A program made the position numbers and the translations under genes. The notes beneath the pieces were generated by a model. The model saw nothing but the letters and a program-made list of their open reading frames with translations. It searched no databases and was not told the DNA's origin. A DNA stretch of 63,909 nucleotides, filler included, from Octopus bimaculoides (taxonomy: Eukaryota), in the NCBI RefSeq assembly GCF_001194135.2. It is 6 parts of 6 records of this genome, joined end to end, with 100 filler letters (N's around TTAATTAATTAA, not from the genome) between each part and the next. Parts side by side here need not be neighbours in the genome. Positions count along the whole stretch, not along the records: positions 1 to 18,234 come from NC_068982.1; 5 more parts are not named here. One strand, 5' to 3'. Shown here one piece after another: positions 1 to 12,954 of the stretch. The stretch's first letter is position 1; every line of letters begins with the position of its first letter.

Positions 1-828
1 GCAGCAGGATCCCTTGTACCTCGAAGCAATATTCACTCCAGGGTAAACTGTATTTATTTACATTTTTGTTTTGTTGTTTTTTATTCTTTGTTATTCTATA
101 GGGAGGCAAAGAAGGAAATTATTTTGATTAATTAAAACTGCATTAATTATTAATGTGCTTTCCTTCTCGTTTTTTGTTTTTTCTTGTGACGAATGCTAAC
201 TAATATAGTTGCGCCTGCAAAGAGCTGATTCGTTTTTCTTTTTTTTTGCTGTTCCTTCTTTATTGTTGTGTTACCTTTGTATTTATATTTATTCATGTTT
301 ATTTGCCCATGACCTTTCCTGACCTTTTCGCACACTGAAGATCGATAGGAAACAGCTCTGCTCGGATCAATTACTGACCTTCAGTGCTGACATTACAGTC
401 CCCTGTTCACACATATGAAGCAGTTCTATAACATACACAAACATTTTCAATGTTCTGAGAAAAAGAAAAAAAAAATTAAACACCCATCTTGATCTTTAAG
501 ATGATGACTATAGGGAAAACATAGAGGAAGTAGAAATTTGAGAATTTTGTTTAGAAGTTGGAAACATTATAAAAATGCTTAAATCTTAGATCTGAAGACT
601 AACATGGAGATAGGATGACGAGAAATATGTTTACTTGTTAGGTATATTAAATGAACCTCAATACATACATGTGCTGCACCTCTTACTACCGCAAGGAAAT
701 AAAAGGTTTTGTGATAAAAAATGATGAGTGAAGAATCAAAGTGTCTGGGGATTGGATGATTTAGGTGGTGAGCGAACATTTACCATGAAGCCGGGCGGTA
801 TTTCAGAAGGAGATCTAGAATGTATATA

Positions 829-1205
829 GAGGCAGGAATGGGTGTGTGATAAGAAGATTGCTTCCCAACCATATGGGTCTGGGTTCAGTCCAACTGCGTG
901 GTACCTTGGGCAAGTGTCTTCTACTATAGCCTCGAACCAACCAAAGCCTTCTGAATGGATTTGATAAATAGAAACTGAAAGAAACCTGTAGTATGTATGT
1001 GTGTTTGTGCCTACCGCCATTTGACAACCGGTGTTAGTGTGTTTACGTCCAAGCAATTTAGCAGTTAGACAAAAGTAACTGATTGTATAAGTACCACGCT
1101 TTAAAAAATAAGTACTAGGATCGATTCATTCGATTATAAATCCTCCAAGGCGGTGCCCCAGCATGACCGCAGTCTAATGGTTGGAAAAAGTACAAAAGAT
1201 AAATG
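829..1205 (+). mobile_element. tRNA-derived SINE, family A (CORE-like), full length
   Basis: tRNA-like head (GGGTTCAGTCC B-box-like), CCTTGGGCAAGTGTCTTCT core, tail ending ...AAGTACAAAAGATAAA; about 10 related copies in the window. Confidence 0.85.
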
Positions 1206-1420
1206 ATATGGAGCAAGATTAAACTACATTTGTGATACCAGTAATCTTATGAGGGTGAAAATCACTGAAGATTCCACAGACACGTGTACTTTAATGCAAT
1301 TCTCAGGCAGAGACACAGTAGCACAGTGTGCACTTTTGAATTACACGCGGCACCTGTAATTTCTAACAACAGCGTTTCTCTCACAAATTGTTATCAACCC
1401 GAAGCTGTAGAATATTACAT

Positions 1421-1508
1421 TTGTCCAGGATTGTCAAGGAGTGGGATCAAACCCAGGATTGCACCGCTTCGAAGCAGAAGCAAACCTTTTAACCATTAGG
1501 CCATACTG
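1421..1508 (-). mobile_element. isolated tRNA-derived SINE head
   Basis: minus strand reads TGGCCTAATGGTT (A box) ... GGGTTTGATCCC (B box); no complete cloverleaf. Confidence 0.55.
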
Positions 1509-1513
1509 CGCTA

Positions 1514-1552
<39 letters not shown>

Positions 1553-2025
1553 AGTCTCTGTCTTTGCCTGCCCCTCTCTCNNNNNNNNNNNNNNNNNNNN
1601 NNNNNNNNNNNNNNNNNNNNNNNNNNNNNNNNNNNNNNNNNNNNNNNNNNNNNNNNNNNNNNNNNNNNNNNNNNNNNNNNNNNNNNNNNNNNNNNNNNNN
1701 NNNNNNNNNNNNNNNNNNNNNNNNNNNNNNNNNNNNNNTATATATATATATATATTTAAATTTTTTATTTTTTTTAAAGTATATAATTATAAAATATAAT
1801 TACAATTAAGAGAATTAAGAGCTCTGGAATGCCAGCGCCTATACGCTAAAAGTAGCCCTTAATTATAATTGTAATTTATAATCATATACTTAAAAACTAA
1901 TTATATCGATACGGTCACTTTTTATGCGCTAACCACTGATATAATCATTTTAATGATTATAACATTAATTTATAAGTACATATATATATATGCGCGCGTA
2001 TGTGTGTATGTGCATGTATCATGTA

Positions 2026-2420
2026 TTCTTTTATTCTTTTACTTATTTCAGTCATTTGACTTCAGCCATGCTGGAACACCGCCTTTAGTTAAAGAAATCG
2101 ACCCCAGAACTTTTTTTTTTGTAAGATTAGTACTTATTCTATCGGTCTCTTTTCCCGAACCACTAAGTTACGGGGACGTAAACACACCAACATCGGTTGT
2201 CAAGTGATGATGGTGGACAAACACAGACACACAAACATATACACACACATGCACACACACACTCATGGCTTCTTTCAGTTTCCGTCTACCACATCCACTA
2301 ACACGGCTTTGGTCGGCCCGAGGCTATAGTAGAAGACACTTACCCAAGGTGCCATGCAGTGGGAATGAACCCGGAACCATGTGGTGGGGTGAGAAAGCTA
2401 CTTACCACACAGCCGCTCCT
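2026..2420 (-). mobile_element. SINE family A, full length
   Basis: reverse complement matches 829-1205 from head to tail. Confidence 0.9.
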
Positions 2421-2464
2421 ATATATATATGTATGTATATATATATATATATATNNNNNNNNNN

Positions 2465-2497
<33 letters not shown>

Positions 2498-2544
2498 GTG
2501 CGTGTGTCTATGTGTGTGATGTATATGTACGTATATATGTAGGT

Positions 2545-2920
2545 ATCCTTTGGCCAGTTTGATAGGGAAACATTTCTTTGTAGTTTACCTTCGATCCGGA
2601 CGACCAACTTCTGTCGATATAAAACTTCAGAAAATTGTATTTGAAGAAAATTCAAAACGTTGCTTTATCTGACTATCATATTTTTTTCAGACTGTTGCAA
2701 CATTATTTAGAAAGAAAGCATTTTAATTGTGAAGAAGCTAAACTGTTATTGAGTGTTGAAGAATTTTACGCACGAGCGGTGAATAATTTGCCGAACAGAT
2801 GGGACTGTTATGAATTATGAGTAGAAATAACATCTAGATTAAATATATCAATTAAGATCAAAGAAGCCTTTGTTTCTTTTCCATCTTGAAATGCGACAGG
2901 ACTTTCTTTCCAATCTAATA
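2545..2920 (+). mobile_element. internally deleted mariner derivative
   Basis: 5' part resembles ~3900-4010, then jumps to the transposase C-terminus (SDYHIFFRLLQHYLERKHF...NLPNRW); right TIR ...ACAGGACTTTCTTTCCAATCTAATA. Confidence 0.75.
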
Positions 2921-3587
2921 TATTTGTATGGTATCCATTTAACAGTACTGAAAACCGTAGTCAAATATCGTATCTCCGACACATGATTTAGTTTATTTTA
3001 TGTTTCTCCTTGATATTGCTAATCGATCATTTTTCAAAAAAGTTCCTATAATGTTTTGATATTTTATTTCAGAAAAATCATCGAAACAAATAATGGAAAT
3101 ACAAGAATACAACGTATCAATATCGTAAAGAAATCAAAGTTGAAATTAAACCGAAACCTCCTTCCCCACACATAAAATAAAAAATGGATACCAACAAATG
3201 TATGAATGAAAAATAAATCAGATTAGAATATCTAGATCAGTGATTGTCAGCCTTTTGTTACTCTGCCTCCCCTTTCACAGAATGACGTTTAGCAAACGTC
3301 TTTTCATGTTTTGCAAAAGCAAACCAATACATACATACATGCATACATACATGCATACATACATACATATGCATGCATGGACGTGTGTGTGTGTGCGTGT
3401 GTGTGTGTGTGTGTGCAGTAATTATAATAATCAAACAGAAGCTACTTTTGCATTGTGGCTTATAATCTATATTTTCCCCTATACTATCCCATCTAGCGCG
3501 TGATGCTTTTTAGTGTAGATTAGTGCCCCTGTGTTATTTTTTATGGAAATTATTTAAAAAAGGTTAGATCTTATTAAATGAAATTGG

Positions 3588-4834
3588 TAGGTTGGAAGAA
3601 ATAAATCCTGTGGTATTTTTCTCATAATCTTTTGAGGGTACTTTTTCAATACGTAAAATAAGCATTAATTTTTATATTATAATGTTTCTTTTTTACTTTC
3701 TCTGCAGATTATTTTATACCATAGGGTTAAATTCGAATTGATTTTACCCTTTTATTTTGAGTTTAGATTAGACTCATATCCCGCACTGCTTACTGTATGA
3801 ATTCAGATGAATTATTCTTCAGCATTGAAAGCGGCAAGAAATAATCGTTTTGTCTATAGGAATATAGCTTTAAGTGTCCAGTCATGCCAACAATAGTTTG
3901 ACAAGTTTTGACAGGGAAAATATTTTCTCACAGTTTCCTCTCGATCTGGACCACCAACTTCTGTCAATATTGAGCTTTTGAAAGCTGTAGTTGAAGAAAA
4001 TCCAATGCAAACGCTATGAGAATTTGCAAAATAGTTAAATTCAAGTCACGCTTAGATCATAAAACACCTTCATGAACAAGAAAGAGTGCCTAAACTTGGT
4101 TAGAAGGTTCCCCATTATCTGGATGTTTCTCAGCTTAATCAAAGGGTTGCTCTCAGCTAGTCATTGAAGCGTAGACTTGCTATCGAACCTTTCTTCAGTA
4201 GAATCATTACAGTAATGAAAAGTGGGTTTCATATCTCTCAAAAACGACAATAGTTAGCACCTAATGAAAAAGGGAATCATTCCCAAACCAGAACTACATC
4301 ACAGAAAAGTTATGCTGTGTGGTGTGTAAGACTTGTTGGATGTTGTCTATTATGAAGCGTTAGATCGAAAAGAAACAATTATTGCAGAAAATTATTATCG
4401 TCAATTGTATTGTGCAAAAGCATTTCAGAAAGACTGCCTATCATTGGTCAATCGTAAAGGGGTATTGTTCTTCCACAATAATACTAGACCACATATTGGC
4501 CAAGTTACTCAGGAAAAGATTATAGAACTAAATACTGAAGATTTGCCTCATCATCCTTACTCTCCAGATCTCACTTCATCTGACAATCATCTTTTCAGAT
4601 TTTTCCAACGTTATCTAGAGGGAAAACAGTTTATTAATTGGTTAAAAGTATATTGAATGCTTCTTTGCTTCGAAACCTGAGTAATTTTACGTTCAAGAGA
4701 TCAATAATTTGCTAAATAGATCGGATTATTGAGGCAAATATCATATATTTCGATTGAATATATCATTTAAGACCAAAGAAACATTTGTTTCTTTCCTATC
4801 TTGAAATGCAACAGAACTTCCTTTCCAACTTATA
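3588..4834 (+). mobile_element. mariner (Tc1/mariner, DD34D) element, near full length, degenerate
   Basis: ~1.25 kb; imperfect TIRs TAGGTTGGAAGAAATAAATCCTGTGGTATTT / GAAATGCAACAGAACTTCCTTTCCAACTTA; transposase motifs inside. Confidence 0.85.
4090..4660 (+). pseudogene. mariner transposase pseudogene (catalytic region)
   Basis: ORF 4333-4656 NRKGVLFFHNNTRPH...LPHHPYSPDLTSSDNHLFR (YSPDL motif; HDNARPH aspartate mutated); upstream decayed WVPHEL and PKPELH..KVML motifs with stops and frameshifts. Confidence 0.85.
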
Positions 4835-5899
4835 TTAGATTTGGGCACCTCATTCTTCATCTCTATGCTAACTGGTAGCACAATGGCCGACTCATATACT
4901 AATTCCACCAAAATAGGTGTTTTTTCTTTATAAAAATATGTTTAAAATGTAAGAACAGGTTTTAAAATGTTATTTCTAAGAATAATCACAGCACTTCCCA
5001 ATATCCATTGCCTCACCCACCATAGTGTTCACTTGATAATTATAATCCCCTTGTGAGTGGCCTAGCAGTATATTTATGAACAACTTAACTCAAATTTTAT
5101 AGTTAACGATTTGATTTTAAATGCATCAGACTTTACCATGGTGATTCACCCTCATGATAATATCGTTAATCAGCTATATTTTCTCTATGGGTAAATTCAT
5201 AAGACACAAATGTACACTTAGAAGGGTTACTAATATTTTTTACATATTCGCAGGAAAGCTTTTTTTTATCGATCCTCTGACGGCTATAGTTAGATAGTGA
5301 CCTGTACGGACACACATATTAATAGATACATTTCAGAGATGCTCATTTGTATATACATGTTGGCACATTTTAACGCCTCCCTGTGTATACAAATATATAT
5401 CTTATACACGTATGAATGTGTTCTTAGTTCGTACGAAACCATTTGTTGGCGTCTGTCATATTTATTTAGTATTTTAATGAAATTGACTGCTTTCTGTTAC
5501 TAAAAACTCTTGTATATTACATATTAATTTTAGAGAGAAAATTGCATTTGTTCTACACCTATTGAAGCGAATTATAGAGAGCTGCACCAAAGAAAATATC
5601 CTTAAATGTAATCAGAAATACTATAAAATCTCAAACTGTTGGAAACCTTTAAAATGAAGATAATCCCCAAACAGAACTGGGCGTGTAATATAAACAGAGT
5701 TCGTGTCAGTTTTATGCTGAAATAACAAAGATAATTTACACCGAGGATAAAAACCAACAATAAAACTAATTCCCTAGTAGGCTGTCAAACTGCATGATCC
5801 AGATAGTATAGTCAGTTTTCAGCGATGGAGAGAATTTGATTATTAATGAGTGTCTCCATCCAAAATAGCGCCATAAATTCGCCTCAAGTAATGACGAGG

Positions 5900-6007
5900 G
5901 ATCCATAAAATCACACGAGTTCTCAACATGTCTCTGATCCGTAAAATTACACAAGTTCTCAAAATGCGACAGATCCATAATTTTATACACGTTCTCAAAA
6001 TATGTTA
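5900..6007. repeat. 36-bp tandem repeat, 3 units
   Basis: units start GATCC at 5900, 5936, 5972; shared GTTCTCAA.AT core. Confidence 0.85.
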
Positions 6008-6280
6008 GAACGAAAAATAAGACGGTGACAATAAGCATCTTATATAAATACAGACATTGACGTGTAGTTAAGAAGCTCACTTAGGAAAGACGTGGTTTCG
6101 CATTCAAGCTAATTACGCGGCAGGTTGATAGTCTTCTATCGTTACTTTGGCTTCTCAAAATGCTAAGAGTTGCTTTATTTATCATAGACAATGGTGCATT
6201 TATTCACAATAACGCATGAGAGCATTCATAAACGGTTTACCGAATGATTCCGTGTTTTGTACTTAATAGAAAAACGTTCG

Positions 6281-6485
6281 TTCTACAGTAAACACAAGGC
6301 CTGAAATTCTGTGAAAAGAGTCTTGTCGATAACATTGATCCCAGTGCTCAACTGGTACTTATTTTATAGACTAACCCCAAATGAATGAAAGGTAATATCG
6401 ACCTCAATGACATCTGAGCGTCATGAGTCTAAAGAAATGCTACTGAGTATTTTATCCGATGCGCTAATGATTGTGCCAGCCCGCC
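6281..6485 (-). mobile_element. SINE family B, degenerate
   Basis: CACAAGGCCTGAAATT...CCCAGTGCTCAACTGGTACTTATTTTAT...TGCCAGCCCGCC matches other family B copies. Confidence 0.75.
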
Positions 6486-6854
6486 CTCTTTGATATAACA
6501 AAATCATTACACTTCGATGTTAACCGAGAAGCCAAGACCAATAATTCGTGAATGTGATAGTATTTTCTCTTCACCGAAACTTGCTACGTCAAAAATTAAC
6601 AGCTTTTTGTCTGAATATATTTTACTGATTCAATGGACGATTTAATAGTAGTTATAAATATCTAATAACATCATAAAACTCTATTTACAAAACAATTACA
6701 ATACTGTTTGCAAAACATTAACAGATTTACCTGTAATTATCGATATTCTATAAACGCTTTTATTAGACTATTTGCAAAAGTATGACTTGTATAAAGATTT
6801 CCGTGTTTCATTGTTATTTATAATCAGTATCTTTTACCCATCTTTTATCTTCTA

Positions 6855-7290
6855 CTTGCTTCAATGTTTGGACTGTAACTTTGCTGGGGCACCGCCGAGA
6901 AGGGTTTTGTCGAGCAAACCGCCCTCAATACTTATTTTTAAGCCTGTTGCTCATTCTACTGGTCTCCTATTGACGAACCTCTGTTGATGGGACTTAAACA
7001 AATTAACAACGATTGTCAAGTAGTGGTGGGGACAAACACAAAGACATGCACAGCTATATATATATATATATATATATATATATNNNNNNNNNNGTGTGTG
7101 TGTGTGTGTATGTATATATATATATATATATACACGACGGACTTCTTTTAGTTTCTGTCTACCAAATCCACTTAAAAAGCTATTGTCGGTCCGGATCTAT
7201 AATAGAAGACATTTGATTAAGGTAGCGTACAGTGGCACTGAACCCAAGACCACATGTTTGAGAAGCAAGCTTCTTACCACACAGCCACGT
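6855..7290 (-). mobile_element. SINE family A, diverged
   Basis: head, core and tail recognisable; internal (TA)/(TG) tract with a short gap. Confidence 0.8.
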
Positions 7291-7679
7291 GATTATTTCT
7301 CTTTCTTATCCTGTTTAAATCAACGTAATGCTAACAACTTACCCCAACCCACTTTCCTTTTAATTCTCTCACAGTCACTCACTCACTCGTACTTTGTTTG
7401 GCAAGCAGAGTTGAATGATAAAACCTCATTGTCCTCTTCCTTTTATATTACTTCTACTTACAATCACATATTTTTTATGATTTTTTAGATGACAGCTCCG
7501 TACATTCGCACTAGTTGCTCACCGTGACAGCAAATAAATACACATTGTTAATCACATGTTGCTATATGTATGAGTCGTTATAAGATGAACATAATCAGTA
7601 GGCCTACCAGTATATTCTTTGGTATTTAGTTCTTTTTAAGCTATCTCCATTTAGACAAAGGCTGTCTTGTTTTCATCCA

Positions 7680-7805
7680 GCACAGAACCTATAAAATAAA
7701 TACCAGACAACGTTCTAGGATCGATAAGATCGTTGAAAATTGGTAAGAGGCGTATCCCAGCATGACTACAGTCCAATGATGGAAACTAGTAAAAGATCAA
7801 AAGAA
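7680..7805 (+). mobile_element. SINE family A 3' fragment
   Basis: CCCAGCATGACTACAGTCCAATGATGGAAACTAGTAAAAGAT tail. Confidence 0.6.
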
Positions 7806-8424
7806 TACAAATAATGAAGGGAGGAGCTGAAAAATCCAGATATTCTCCGCCATATGTAGCTACGTTACAAAAAGACTCCTCGGTTAAGCTAGTCTTCAAC
7901 AATCAATCCTCCATTAAAGTTCAAACCGCATAGTTTATAATGTCACCCACAGAGAATACTTTCGGTGAACAATCAATTAATTCTGGTCAAATTAGCACCT
8001 TGAAACAAAAAAAAAGAGAAAAAAAAGAAAGGTAGGAAGGAAGGAAGGAAGAAAGAAATAGAAAACAGCATTTTGTTATTATCAATCTTCAGTGCTACGC
8101 CTGAACAGACGTGGTTCTAACGTTTTACATCGTCTTTTGTATCGATATAATTAATTATAATCATTAATTACCACATCATTTCTGATATCTCTTCCAATTC
8201 ATTGTGGATTGACTTTATAAAGCAAAAATGTTGGTAGTAGTGGGAATTAATTTTTCCGATTTTGACTATCGAACTGTGAAACAAAACGAAATCTATCAGA
8301 AACAATATTTTGCAGCTTAACTACCAAGAGACAGTAATCGCAACGTGTTTCGAGATCGTTGGTTTGAACAGATAACAAACGACATTTTGTTTTCGAATAC
8401 AAATAACAGATGTATAACCTTAAC

Positions 8425-8467
8425 CTGCTGCATATTTCTAATGTAGAATAACAAGAATTCATTTTTG
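8425..8467 (-). CDS. candidate 43-nt micro-exon, unknown product
   Basis: TTTTTTCATATATTCACAG acceptor and CAG|GTTAAG donor; open frame KNEFLLFYIRNMQQ; no homology recognised. Confidence 0.2.
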
Positions 8468-8810
8468 CTGTGAATATATGAAAAAATATTCAAATGCTTT
8501 TGTTCGCGTGTTTTTATTCGTCAGATTCTATGACCAGTGTGGAGAGGAACTTGTTTATTGAATTCGTGAAATTTTCCTTTGTGAACTCATTGCTATATCA
8601 TGTCTGTCTGTCTCTCTCTCTCTCTCATTCATTCTCTGTTTGTATGTACGTCTCTCTCCCTCCCCCTCTCTCCACCCCTTTCTCTCTCCCTCAAAGAGCT
8701 AAGAATTTTGAGATATGAAAGACATTGGCTATTTTTTCTAGCAAATCAAACTGCTACGTAAAGGATCCTCTCATTGGCTCGTGATGTGTATATTGGCTTC
8801 AAATTTTGAT

Positions 8811-9005
8811 GCAAAGCCAAATTTCAGGTAAGCGGGATAAGTCGATTATATCAACCCTAGTGCTCAACTGGTACTTATTTTATCTACCGGTGAAAGGATG
8901 AAAGGCAAGGTCGTCCTCGGCGGAATTTGAACTCAGAACGTAGAGACAGACGAAATGCCGCTAAGCACTTTCCCGGCGTTTTAATGATTCTGCCAGCTCG
9001 CCGCC
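8811..9005 (-). mobile_element. SINE family B, full length
   Basis: minus strand GGCGGCGAGCTGGCAGAATC...GTTCTGAGTTCAAATTCCGCCGAGG (A/B boxes). Confidence 0.9.
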
Positions 9006-9711
9006 ACCGTGATGAGTTTATTAACATTGAGCTATTATAGGAATGGAATCGAAACAACCGAATTACGTCCACTTGAGTGAAACCTATTAATCATAAATCT
9101 CTCTGAAGGTGTGTCCTTTGCAATGAAGTATCTATGCCTCATACCTTTCTAAAGCTATTTATTAAAATGTGATATTCAGTCAGGTACTGATACATATGTT
9201 TGTTACCAAGTTTCTTTTAACCCCGGGACTATTATTTCATAGCTTAAGAACTGTATAAGATGTAGTTACCTTATTACAAAGAACTCACTTTGAAGAGATG
9301 GTTCACTCGCATCTGTTACATCCGGAGCGCAGTAAGAACACGCATTATTATCACTCAATGAATCTGCTTCTGTTTCTTCATGCCTATGCTTGATGACGCT
9401 GGAATCACCCCAGGCTAATGGTCCCAGAGATGTCATCATGCGTAAAGCCTACCAGGTCTATCAGGATTTTCTATCGCTGACGGTCCTGTGCCAGACCCTC
9501 TGCATCTCTGGATATCTTCTTTAATCACAACTAGCAATTAGTGCGGGGCAAGCATCTACGGACACATATTTATGTGTATTTAGTATTACTTTTAAATTCG
9601 ATCCCACGAATTACAAAAGAAAATTACACAATCCAAACATGATTACGGAGTAGTTTTCGTTAAATCACGACCAGAAATGAAGAGGCGGCCATTATCAGAT
9701 GCCTTATATAA

Positions 9712-10030
9712 GTGAAAGCGCGTGGCTTAGTGGTTAGGGTGTTCTGCTCACAATTGCAAAGCTGTGATTTCCTTTACTGGCAGCGCGTTGTGTCCTTGAG
9801 TAAGGCACTTTATTTCATGTTGCTCCAAAAATAAGCTGGCAAAAATAAGTAGTAGCTGTATTTCAAACGGCCAGATATGTCACATTCAGCATCATACTGA
9901 ATACCTGAGACTACCTTAAGGATACGTGTGTCTGTGGAGTGCTCAGTCACTTGTACGTTAATTTCACGAGCAGGATGTTCCATTGATCGGATCAACTGGA
10001 AGCCTCGTTGTCATAACCAATGGAGTACCA
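9712..10030 (+). mobile_element. SINE family C (tRNA head plus tail shared with 20816-20990)
   Basis: GCGTGGCTTAGTGGTTAGGGTG A box; tail ...GATCGGATCAACTGGAAGCCTCG. Confidence 0.8.
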
Positions 10031-10630
10031 GTTTTATATAAGCTTAAACGATTCTTGAAATTGCCTGTAAACAGACAAAAGTTTTTGCATTTTGCCCACC
10101 ACCCCATCAGCATATCTTCCACCTCTCCACTTCTCCATCTCCCATTCTCCCCCTTTCCTCCTATCCATCACTCCCCCTCCCCCTACTTCTCAATTTTATC
10201 GACTACACAGTTCTCTTTTCTTGCTATTTTTCTTACCCTTTTTCCCTTTCTTTGAAATTTTCTAGTTATACCGATAATGATTCCATGTGAAAATGTTGGC
10301 ACAGACAACGATGAAATATTTAATAAGCTGAAACTTTATTTTATGTTATTCTACTTCATTTTGAAAACCGAACAGCTGATGGGCGTGACAATGATAATTA
10401 ATTATATATCGTACTGAAAGTATCTTGGTTCATTCGATTTATTACAACAGTTGATGACAAAGAGAGACCACACTTACGTGACTACGTTTTATAACACGTA
10501 AATTACCTTGTAAATATTAACAATTGAAATCTTAGATAAATTCACAGACACGCGTATATACGTCTAAAAGATTGAGAATATATGCATTTATGCATGCTGA
10601 GATTTGAATTTAGATTTCGCTACTTGCTTA

Positions 10631-10636
10631 TATCTA

Positions 10637-10694
<58 letters not shown>

Positions 10695-10737
10695 CTTATC
10701 TATCTACTTATCTATCCATCAACTTATCTATCTATCT
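10631..10737. repeat. (TATC)n microsatellite
   Basis: direct reading. Confidence 0.95.
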
Positions 10738-11520
10738 GTCTGTGTGACTGTGTGTCTGACTGTCCGTCTGTCTGTGTGTCTCTCTCTCTATCACACACAC
10801 ACACACACATACACAAATACACACACATACATACACTCTATGTTTCAGATGACTTTCTCTCAATTCCGGTTTCTCTCTACAGTGTTCGTCTATATTTTGC
10901 TCTCAGTATATGTGTTAGAGCTTACATGCATAAACATATACACATTCTACTCCATACCTTCCAAACAACGTACCTATTTATTTTTTTGCGTACGTTAACA
11001 AGCACGTTGTGCCCATGCAGGTTCCTGCGCGCTCGACTATGTGTGCGTGTCAAACCGATAGGAAATTTAGTATGACTCTCAGTACATGCCAAGTTCGTAT
11101 GTATGTATGTATGTATGTATGTATGTATGTATGTATGTATGTATGTGTCTTCTCAGTAAACGTTGGTAATTGGGGAAGAAATGTGAAGCGAGTCAGCGGC
11201 TGATATAAAATTGTGATGTTGTCTTGAAATAGTGTGAAATTTAACAAATCCATCTGGTTCAAATATATTGATAAATTGATTTATGTGAAGTGTATGATTT
11301 ATCACGAAATATTTAGCTAGATTTATGCAAGGAACATAGCAGGCAAAATAGAGCTAAGAGAATTCTGACAACATGGAGCTAAGAAGGCAACATGGAACTA
11401 AGAAGCTTTTTGTAACGTTTTCAGCAGTCTGAATATGCTTGTTTCACGTTCGAACCGGCGAACAAGCAACTCACTGCGTTTTGTCACGGAAAATATATAC
11501 TGTTTGTTGACAAGTGGTGT

Positions 11521-11620
11521 GTAGGTGGCGCTGCGAGCTGATATGGGAAATCTGGGTAAGTGGCCCTGCGAGCTGATGTAGAAAGCCTGGGTAGGTGACA
11601 CTGCGAGTGATATAGGAATG
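11521..11620. repeat. 35-bp tandem repeat, about 3 units
   Basis: GTAGGTGGCGCTGCGAGCTGATATGGGAAATCTGG-like units at 11521, 11556, 11591. Confidence 0.85.
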
Positions 11621-11721
11621 TTCGTACTGATAATAACATTACGATTTTATCACTGCTTAATGCTCCCCTTCACTAAGAAATTTTATATATTTCGACACAA
11701 TTAAGAAAAGAATTGTACATT

Positions 11722-12131
11722 TTATCTTTTATCTTTTAATTGTTTCTGTCATCAGACTGCGGCCATGTTGGGGCACAGCCTTGAAGAATTTTTAGTAGAA
11801 TGTATCGAACCCAGTACTTATTTTTTAAGCCTTTGTACTTATTTTATCATTCACTTTTTGACCGTACTACTAAATTACGGGAATGGAAACACACCAGCAG
11901 CGGTTGTCAAGAGGTAGCTACGGGGTGGGGATAAACGCAGATACAAAGACACACTCACTTAGAGACATATATACATACATACGACAGTATTCTTTCAGTT
12001 TCCGTCTTCGAAATCCACTCATAAGGCCTTGATCGGCCGGATGCTACAGCAGCAGACACTTGCCCAAGATGCTGTGCAGTGGGAGTGAACCCGGAACCAT
12101 ATGGTTCGGAAAAAAAATCTTCCTATCACAT
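11722..12131 (-). mobile_element. SINE family A, full length, diverged
   Basis: ACACTTGCCCAAG...GGGAGTGAACCCGGAACCATATGG head; tail at left. Confidence 0.85.
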
Positions 12132-12197
12132 AAATGATGTTGAGGACGGCAAAAAACAAACAATGTTACAGAAATACAATAAAAATAATAACAGGAC

Positions 12198-12510
12198 ATA
12201 ACAACAGATGTCTTTCGACTAAGGACGAATTAAATTAAGCTGGCGTGTGTGGAAATAAAGCCTTACGGCAAGGATACAAGGTTTCACAGGCACAGGGAGT
12301 CCTTGTTTTTGTATACGTTCGCTGCTTTCTTCCAAGGAATCCAATGCTCTTAGCTTAGTTTTTCCTTGGGGCTGGTCAAATTGGAGCAATATCGAGAATA
12401 ACCAGCCGAAATTGCAAGGATAATCTGGATCTCGACTGAAGAGAGAAAACTTCGAATGACCCGTCCTTGTTTTCTTTGTATCGTCTATCTGGATGTTTTG
12501 TTGTCCCTTT
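12198..12510. mobile_element. unclassified interspersed repeat family D (possibly Penelope-like)
   Basis: two blocks homologous to 59377-59740, one direct and one inverted. Confidence 0.6.
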
Positions 12511-12954
12511 NNNNNNNNNNNNNNNNNNNNNNNNNNNNNNNNNNNNNNNNNNNNNNNNNNNNNNNNNNNNNNNNNNNNNNNNNNNNNNNNNNNNNNNNNN
12601 NNNNNNNNNNNNNNNNNNNNNNNNNNNNNNNNNNNNNNNNNNNNNNNNNNNNNNNNNNNNNNNNNNNNNNNNNNNNNNNNNNNNNNNNNNNNNNNNNNNN
12701 NNNNNNNNNNNNNNNNNNNNNNNNNNNNNNNNNNNNNNNNNNNNNNNNNNNNNNNNNNNNNNNNNNNNNNNNNNNNNNNNNNNNNNNNNNNNNNNNNNNN
12801 NNNNNNNNNNNNNNNNNNNNNNNNNNNNNNNNNNNNNNNNNNNNNNNNNNNNNNNNNNNNNNNNNNNNNNNNNNNNNNNNNNNNNNNNNNNNNATATATA
12901 TATATATATACACAAATAGTTGAAATTTATAGAAAAACAAAAAGACGGAGACAA

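Noticed and set aside
4333-4656. Domesticated SETMAR-like host gene
   Set aside because: Embedded between TIRs, with stops, frameshifts and a mutated catalytic residue; no SET domain
5900-6007. CRISPR array (36-bp repeats)
   Set aside because: Units are contiguous with no unique spacers, no cas genes, and the context is eukaryotic
11521-11620. CRISPR array (35-bp repeats)
   Set aside because: Contiguous diverged tandem units, no spacers
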